The notes under the pieces are model-generated. The model did not search any database and was not told the origin of the DNA. It was given only the letters and a program-made list of their open reading frames with translations. The position numbers and the translations under genes were made by a program. From assembly GCA_014905635.1 (NCBI GenBank), contig CM026548.1, forward strand, positions 372,001 to 436,000: a stretch of 64,000 bases of DNA. Reading direction: 5' to 3'. The stretch comes from Scenedesmus sp. PABB004 (Eukaryota). This document shows, one piece after another, positions 57,514 through 64,000 of the stretch (its first letter is position 1; each line of letters opens with the position of its first letter).

Positions 57514-59383
57514 TCACGCGTCTGGAACCTCGCGCAGCGCCTCACACAGCTGCCTGTGCAGCTGCGCCGCGGGCACGTCGGGCGCCAGGCGCTGCAGGAG
57601 GGGCTCGAGCGTCGACGCGACGCGCTGCATGCTGCGCGCCAGCGCGGCACGCTCGCGCGCGCTCGCGGCGTCGCCGCGGCCGGCGGCGCCCTCGCCCCAA
57701 ACCAGGCGCTCGCCCAGCGCGGCCAGCGCACCGACCACGCCGCCGGCGGCGCGTCCGGCGTAGCCCGCCGCCGAGTCGGGCAGCTGGGCGCGCCAGAGGC
57801 AGCCCCCCACCGAGACGAGCTCCCCGCAGGCCGCCGTGGCGGCCGCGACGGCGGCGCTGTGCTGCCGCGCATCCGCCTCGTGCTCGCCGCGCGCCGCGCA
57901 GCGCTGCGGCTCGGCCCGCCACAGGCGCTGCAGCGCGCTGGCGCAGAGGAACCAGCAGGCGTCCAGGCAGTCGAGGCTGTCCGCGGCGCAGTCCTGCGTC
58001 GCCACCGCCACCGCCGCCACGCGCGCGAGCGGGCCGCGGCGCTCGCCCGCGCCGGGCCGTGCGGCGGCGTCCGGCTGCTCGCCGTCCGGCGGGTCCTCCT
58101 GCTGCAGCAGCGGGACGATGGCTGCCCGGAAGAGCACGAGGACCGGCAGCAGCAGCTCCAGCAGGAGCTGCTGCCCCCGCAGCGCGGACAGCAGCTCCAG
58201 CAGCAGCTCCGGCAGCGACGGAGCGCTCGCGGCCAGCAGCGCCGCGTCGTCTGGCTCCGTGCCGAGCTCCTGCAGCAGCCCGAGCAGCGCCTCGAGCACC
58301 GCCGCGTCGCGGTAGAGCTGCCGGTGGTCGGACGGCCCGAGCGCGCCACTCGGCGACGCTGCGCCGCCCGCGCCGTCGGACCCGTCCTCGTCATCGTCGT
58401 CGTCGTCCCAGCCGCCGCCGCCGGCGCCCCGCCGGCTGGGCGCGCCGCTCGTTGCCGGGCCCAGCACGCCCAGCAGCGATTCGGCGAGGCCCAGCGCCAG
58501 CAGCCGCTCCAGCAGCGGCCGCCGCTCCTGCTGCTCCTCCGGCGCCGGCTGCTGCTCCATCCGGGCAGCGCGCTCCGCGTGCAGCAGTGCCGCGACCGCC
58601 TCGAGGCTGCGCTGCAGCAGCAGCGGGTGCAGCGTGTTGTCGATGATGGCCAGCAGGCGCTCCAGCACAAAGTCGCCAAGCAGCACCGGCAGCCACGCCG
58701 TGCGGCCCTGCGGCAGCAGGCACGGCGGGGCAGCGGGGCGGCGGCAACGGCGGTCAGGCCAGCTGCCGCGGCGGCGGCGGCCAAGCCGCAGCGCGGCGGC
58801 GGGGCCCCGCACCTCGGGCGTGCCCAGCACCGCCGCGACGAGGCGGCACAGCTCGGACAGCGCCGGGGGGTCGTCCAGCGACGCCAGCAGCATCGGCACG
58901 GCGGACTGCTGCCTCTGCAGGGAGGGGCCGAGCAGCTGCGCGCGCGCAGGTTGGCCCGCAGCGTAAAAGTTGGCCAGCATGCCCAGCGCCATCTCGGTCA
59001 CGCGCGGGTCCGCCGCCGGGTGCTGGCCAGCCGCGACCGCGAGTGTCAAGCCGAGCGCGGTCGGGAGTTGCTCCGCTGCCAGGAACGCAGCCGCCTGGGG
59101 GGCACCGGCGGCGGCGGCGGTGCGGCGGCCGGCGCTCGGGCGGCGCCGGGCCCGCTGACGGCGTGGCGCTGCGCTGCGCGTCCGCTGTGCGCACCTCCGG
59201 GTCGGCGGTCAGGTCCCAGAGCAGCGTCCCAGCCTCCTCGACGCTGGGCAGGTCGTCGTTCTCGCTGCTGCGATCGAAAGCAGAGAGGAACGCGCGGACG
59301 AGGCGCCGCAGGCTTTCCGGCTCGAACGCGCCGCTGCTGTCGGCGCCGTCGAAGCTGCCCGCCTGTGCTGCCGGAGCCTCCAT
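57514..59383 (-). CDS. SAAL1-like ARM/HEAT-repeat protein
   Basis: LLWDLTADPE|AAAFL..PRVTEMALGMLANF resembles the SAAL1 N-terminal pattern; the rest is Leu-rich and helical. Two introns; 3' end less certain. Confidence 0.65.
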
Positions 59384-59552
59384 GTGCGGTTGAGGCGACC
59401 TGGGTATGGGCAGCACCGGGCGGCGCACAAGCGACAAGCGACGCGTCGAGCAGCGGTCGTCACTCGCAGAGACCTGCGCCGCCGCCGCCACGCGCCCGCC
59501 GCGCCGCCTGTGTCCCCAGTCCTCGGGAGGCGCACGCCCTGCGATTTTGTTG

Positions 59553-60149
59553 ATGGCCGGCCGCGCGGCGGCGGCTGCGCGGTGCGGCGCGGCGGGCGCG
59601 CTGGGAGCAGCGGCAGCGGCGGGCGCGCTGGGAGCAGCGGCAGCGGCGCTCGGCAAGGCCAGCGGGAGATGCAGGTCCGCGGGCTGCCTGGTGCCCCTGG
59701 TGGCCCCTGTGGGGCCCCGCCGCGCGACGGCCGCCGCGCGGCGCCGCCAGAGAGCCGCCCGCCGCCGCCGCCCGCGCAGCGCGTCGTTTGCGTCTGCGGC
59801 TGGCGCGCGCGCCTGCCAGGTTGCGTCGCTGGGCGCCATGCTGGGGGCCAACGCCTGCATGACGGCGCTGTTTGTGGGCGCGCTCGTGCGCCTGCCGTCG
59901 CTGCAGGCCACGGTGCTGGCCAACGCGGCCAACATGCTCGTGACGGGCCTCCTGGGGCGCTGGTTGTTCGGCGAGGCAATTACGATGCGCTGGGCGGCCG
60001 GCATCGCGCTGGTGATCGCTGGCCTGCTGCTCATCTCCCGCGCGGCGGCGCCGCAGGGCGGCCGCGCCAGCAACCCGGCGCCGCCGCCCGACCCGCAGCG
60101 GCGCCGCCGGGAGCAGCCGCCGCGTGGCGCGGCGGCCAAGGCGGAGTGA
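59553..60149 (+). CDS. TMEM42-like small DMT/EamA-type membrane protein
   Basis: GALGAAAAALGKA..NACMTALFVGAL..SLQATVLANAANMLVTGLLGRWLFGEAITMRWAAGIALVIAGLLLI. One 120-nt intron at 59700-59819. Confidence 0.85.
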   Translation: MAGRAAAAARCGAAGALGAAAAAGALGAAAAALGKASGRCRSAGCLVPLVAPVGPRRATAAARRRQRAARRRRPRSASFASAAGARACQVASLGAMLGANACMTALFVGALVRLPSLQATVLANAANMLVTGLLGRWLFGEAITMRWAAGIALVIAGLLLISRAAAPQGGRASNPAPPPDPQRRRREQPPRGAAAKAE

Positions 60150-60207
60150 GCTGGCCGAGCGGCGGCCGCGGCGCGGCGCCAGGCAGGGGCAGCAGCAGCG
60201 GCTGCAG

Positions 60208-61691
60208 CCATCCGTGTAGCAGCAGGCACCAGTCAAGCGCAGCAGCGGCAGGGGCAGCAGCATGGGCAGCATCAGGGGCAGCAGGCGGCGCGCCCGGCGG
60301 CGCGCCTGGCGTCGCGAGCGGCGGGCTCACCGTCGGCCCGCTCAGCGGCGACGACGCGGGCGGCGACGCGGGCTGCGAGTGGGTGCCGCCGGACCCGGAG
60401 CTCGGGCGCGTGAGCTACCGCCTGTTGGTCGCCTACGACGGCACCGCCTACTCGGGCTGGCAGCTCCAGCCGGGCCGCGCGCGGACGATCCAGGTGCGCC
60501 GAGGCGCGGCTGCTCGCGCGCCCCACGCGCCCGCGCCGCGCCGCGGCTGCGCGCTCACTCGCGCGCCGCGCATCGCCGCGCTGCCAGGGCGAGTTTGAGC
60601 GCGTGCTGGGCACGGCGCTACAGGAGGGCCGGCGCACGCTGTGCGTGTGCGCGGCGGGCCGCACCGACGCGGGCGTGCACGCGCGCGGGCAGGTGGTGCA
60701 GTTTTACAGCAACGCGGCGTCCCTCGACCCCGCGTGGCTGCCGGGCAAGCTCAACAGCATGCTGCCGCACGACGTGCGCGTGCTCTGGGCGGCGCGCACG
60801 GCGCCCGACTTCAGCGTCACCGTGTCGGCGCTGCGCAAGGTGCGGGCGGGCCGCTGCTGCGCCGTCGGAGCTCACCGCTCCTGAGAGCGCGGCGCGGCGC
60901 GGCGCGGGGCGGGGCGCGCGCCGGGCAGAGCCCTCAGCGCTGGCAGGGTTTTATGATGACGAGCACCCTCCAAAACCCCGCCGCGCCGCCGGCAGACGTA
61001 CCACTATGCCGTGGACGTCGGCGCCGCGCACGACCCGCTGCGCCACCGCTTTGCCACGCACGCGCGCCGCGCGCTCGACGTGCCCGCGATGCGCGCCGGC
61101 GCGGCGCTGCTGGTCGGCACGCACGACTTCACGCAGTTCAGCAACGCCGCGCCCGAGCGCCTGCGGCGCAACCCGGTGAAGCGGCTCGAGGCGCTGGACG
61201 TGGTCGACGACGGCCCCGCCGGCCTGCGCCTCGAGGCGCGCGCCGTGCGCCGCGGCGCCGCGCGGGGCGCCGTCCGGGCGGGGCCGCGCGCGCCCGCGCC
61301 GCGCGGGGCGCGCCCGCCCTCGGACCCCGCGTTGACGCGCCCGCCGCCGCAGGTCACGGGGAGCGGTTTCCTGTACAAGCAGGTCCGCCACATGGCGGGC
61401 GCGCTGCTCGCGCTCGGCGAGGGCCGGCTGGGCCTCGACGCCATCGCTGCGCGGCTCGCACTCGGCGCCGCGAGCCCGCCGGGCGCGGGCGGGGTGTGGC
61501 GGGGGTACAACGTCGCGCCCGCCAAGGGCCTGTGCCTCGTGCGCGTCGAGTACCCGCCCGCCGTGGACGACCCGGGCGCGCTGCTTTATCCGGAGCGGCC
61601 GCACGACGCGCACGGCCGCCTGCTGCACCGCGCGCGCGCCGGCGCGGGCGGCAGCGCGGGCGGCAGCACCGACGCCGACGACGAGGACTGA
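60208..61691 (+). CDS. truA: tRNA pseudouridine synthase A family protein; start unresolved
   Basis: VAYDGTAYSGWQLQ, AGRTDAGVHARGQV, GTHDFTQF, GSGFLYKQVRHMAG and APAKGLCL motifs. Three internal introns, one GC-AG. No in-frame ATG after the TMEM42-like stop. Confidence 0.92.
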
Positions 61692-61986
61692 TCCCGGCGG
61701 CGGCAGTGTGTGACACACAACCCGCCCGAACACAGCTCGCCCACGATTGCCGCGCGCGCCGCCCGAGTGCCGCCGCTGCCGTCGTCGAAACGCTGGTCAG
61801 GGCTCAGTGCTGGAGCCGCATCAGGCTCGGCGACTGCAGCCCCTTGGCCACTCGCACTGCACAGCATCAGGCCGCAGCCTGCACGCGGCGCGGCGGGAGG
61901 CTCGAGCAGTGATCGAACGCGTGCGTGCTTGAGCGCTGCGAATGGCCCGCCCGCGCCCCTGATCGGCACCTGCGTGATCGCCGGGC

Positions 61987-64000
61987 ATGGAGAACTACCA
62001 GCAGCTCTGGGCGCTGGTCCAGGAGGTGGCGCCGGGCGCGGAGCTCGACCCGGCCGCGCTGCAGGTCGAGCTCGAGGCGTACCGGCCCAAGCTGCTCGCG
62101 CTCTTTCGCAACAAGGTGCGCCCCGGCGGCGCGCAGCAGCGGGAGGCGGCGCAGCGCCCGGCGGCGCGCACGGCGGCCGCGCGCGCGCGCGCCGGCGGCC
62201 GCTGCTGCCGCGCGGCAACCGCCGCAGCCGCCGCGCGCGCCGGGCGCCGCGCCGCGCGCCCCACCGCCGCGCGCTCCGCCGCCGCCGTCCCGGCGCAGGG
62301 CCCGGATGCGGGCCTGCGGGCGCAGGTGCAGCGCGGGCGCGTGGCGACGCCGTCGTTCGGGGAGGTGCCGCTCGATCGCGACCCTGATCAGCACTGGGTG
62401 CGCGCGCGCGCGGCGGCGCCGCGGGGGGCAGCTGCGCGCGGGGGCCGCTGCCGCAGGCCGGCGCCGGCTTCGCGAGCGCGAGCCCACGGCGCCGCCGGCT
62501 CGCACCCCCGCCGCCGCAGGTGGTGGAGCTGTCGGACAAGCTCCGCCTGGATGAGGTGACGTGCGTGGAGCTGCTGGCGTACGCGCAAGAGATGGTGCGG
62601 CGGCGGCGGCCGCCGCCGCCGCGGGCCGCGCCCGCCGGCGCGCGCTCGCGGCCCGCGCGCCGACCGCGCCGCGCACCCCCGCCGCGCAGTGGGGCCTGGG
62701 CGGGCTGGAGGCGGCGTTTGGGACGTACCTGCTGGAGCGTCTTGACGCCGCGCGCGCGCTCAGCCGGCTGCTGGCGCTGCAGCTCTTCCACCAGCTGGAG
62801 GTGGGGCAGGCGGGCGAGGCCGAAGGTGCGCCGGCGCCGTGCGCGCGGGCGGACGGCGCGGCGCTGCATGCGGGCGGCCGCCCCAACCGCGCCGGCGCGC
62901 GCCCCGGCGGCGCCGCAGGCGACGTGTCGGGCGGCGCCGGCGGCGGCGCGTCGGGCGACGGCATCAGCGGCAGCCTCGCGGCGTTGATGGAGTCGCAGCC
63001 GCTGCTGGCCGTGGTGTCGCGCTTCAACGAGGGCCTGCTGCGCGCCGAGGAGGGCGGCAAGAACACGCTGGTCGCCCGGCTCATTGAGGCCGTCCGGGTG
63101 CGGCGCCGGCGGCGGCGGCAGGCGTCACCGCGGCGGCAGCTGCGGCAGCGGCATCACCACCACCAGCGCCAGCAGCGGTGGCGGTGGCGGCCCACCACTC
63201 CGCCCGCCCGCCCGCCTGCCCTGCTGCTTGCAGGACCACACGCTCGACAGCCTGGGCCCCTCCTTTGCCGTCGCGCTGGACCAGTACGGCTGCCAGGCCA
63301 GCCGCACCTGGTACATCCAGCAGGCGCGTGCGGCGGGGGCCGCCGCGTGCGCCCTGCGGCCGGGCCGCTGCGGCGCCGCCCTGGGCCCCCTCCGGGCGCA
63401 GCACCTGCCCCGTCCCGCGCGCCGCCCACGCGCCGCGCCCGCGCGCCGCCGCTGCGGGGCTCGCAGGAGCGCGGCGAGCTGTGCCGCGCGCTGCTGTACG
63501 CTGTCGTGCTGAGCCCCACGCCGCTCACGCCGGCCACGCTGGCGGAGCTGCTGCAGCTGCTGGAGGCGCTGGCGGGCAAGGTCAAGGCGGCAGGTGCGCC
63601 GCCGGGCGCCGCACCTGCGCGCAGGGCGGGGCGGGGCGGGTCTTGCCGCCGCGCGCGGCCGATCACGAGCGGCGCCGCGGCGCTTCGCCCGTGCCGACTG
63701 CCTCGCGCCGCCCGCCGCGCGCAGGCGCGTCTGCGCCGCACGCGCTGCTGCAGCAGGCCACGTCGTGCCTTTTCGCGGTCATCACCGCCGTGAGCCTCGG
63801 CAACGCGGCGGGCGGCGCGCCGCGCGCGCCCGCCACGCTCGCGCAGCTGCTGCGCTCGCCGGACCTCGCGCCCCACCTCCAGCGCGGTGAGCTCGGGCGG
63901 CCGCGCCCGCGTGGCGGCCGCCGCCGCCGCCGCAGCTGCCGTGCCCGCCCGCCCGCCCGCGCTGCTCAGCGCGCCCGCCGCGCCCCGGCGCGCCCCGGCA
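61987..64000 (+). CDS. NUP205: Nucleoporin Nup205/Nup192-like, 5' part
   Basis: LLALFRNK|GPDAGLRAQVQRG..ELSDKLRLDEVTCVELL..YLLER pattern typical of the Nup205 N-terminus. Continues beyond the window. Confidence 0.75.

Noticed and set aside
1..64000. Hundreds of long Arg/Ala/Pro/Gly-rich six-frame ORFs (e.g. 12356-16090, 16871-19492, 29558-31783)
   Set aside because: Stop codons are rare at this GC content; these ORFs read through introns or lie antisense to real genes.

Overview
Intron-rich, extremely GC-rich (roughly 80% by eye) eukaryotic nuclear DNA, most consistent with a chlorophyte green alga. The taxon is inferred from gene content and TGTAA-type 3' motifs and is not proven. Manual splicing gives about 24 tightly packed protein-coding genes: a tandem-FAS1 secreted protein (partial), COG0212/MTHFSD-like, an FAD amine-oxidase/desaturase-like oxidoreductase, an intronless membrane RING protein, a 3-repeat hypothetical, NudCD2, two small membrane hypotheticals, RPS26, organellar uL22, TSET/TPLATE subunit TWD40-1, a Nudix-like protein, an ATL-type RING-H2, nuclear PABP, a large LRR-receptor with tandem class III cyclase domains, CFAP58, DUF3054, a YGG-repeat/jacalin-like secreted protein, a serpin, SAAL1-like, TMEM42-like, TruA and Nup205 (partial). 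Most long ORFs in the supplied track are GC artefacts that read through introns. The main observations are: (1) a very high frequency of GC-AG introns (8 of 20 in CFAP58); (2) an LRR-TM receptor whose two cyclase domains carry complementary catalytic halves; (3) a TruA gene with no start codon of its own, apparently coupled to the upstream TMEM42-like gene; (4) recurrent frameshifts that are probably assembly indels. I found no rRNA, tRNA, CRISPR or recognisable transposon. All family assignments come from recalled motifs, not database searches.
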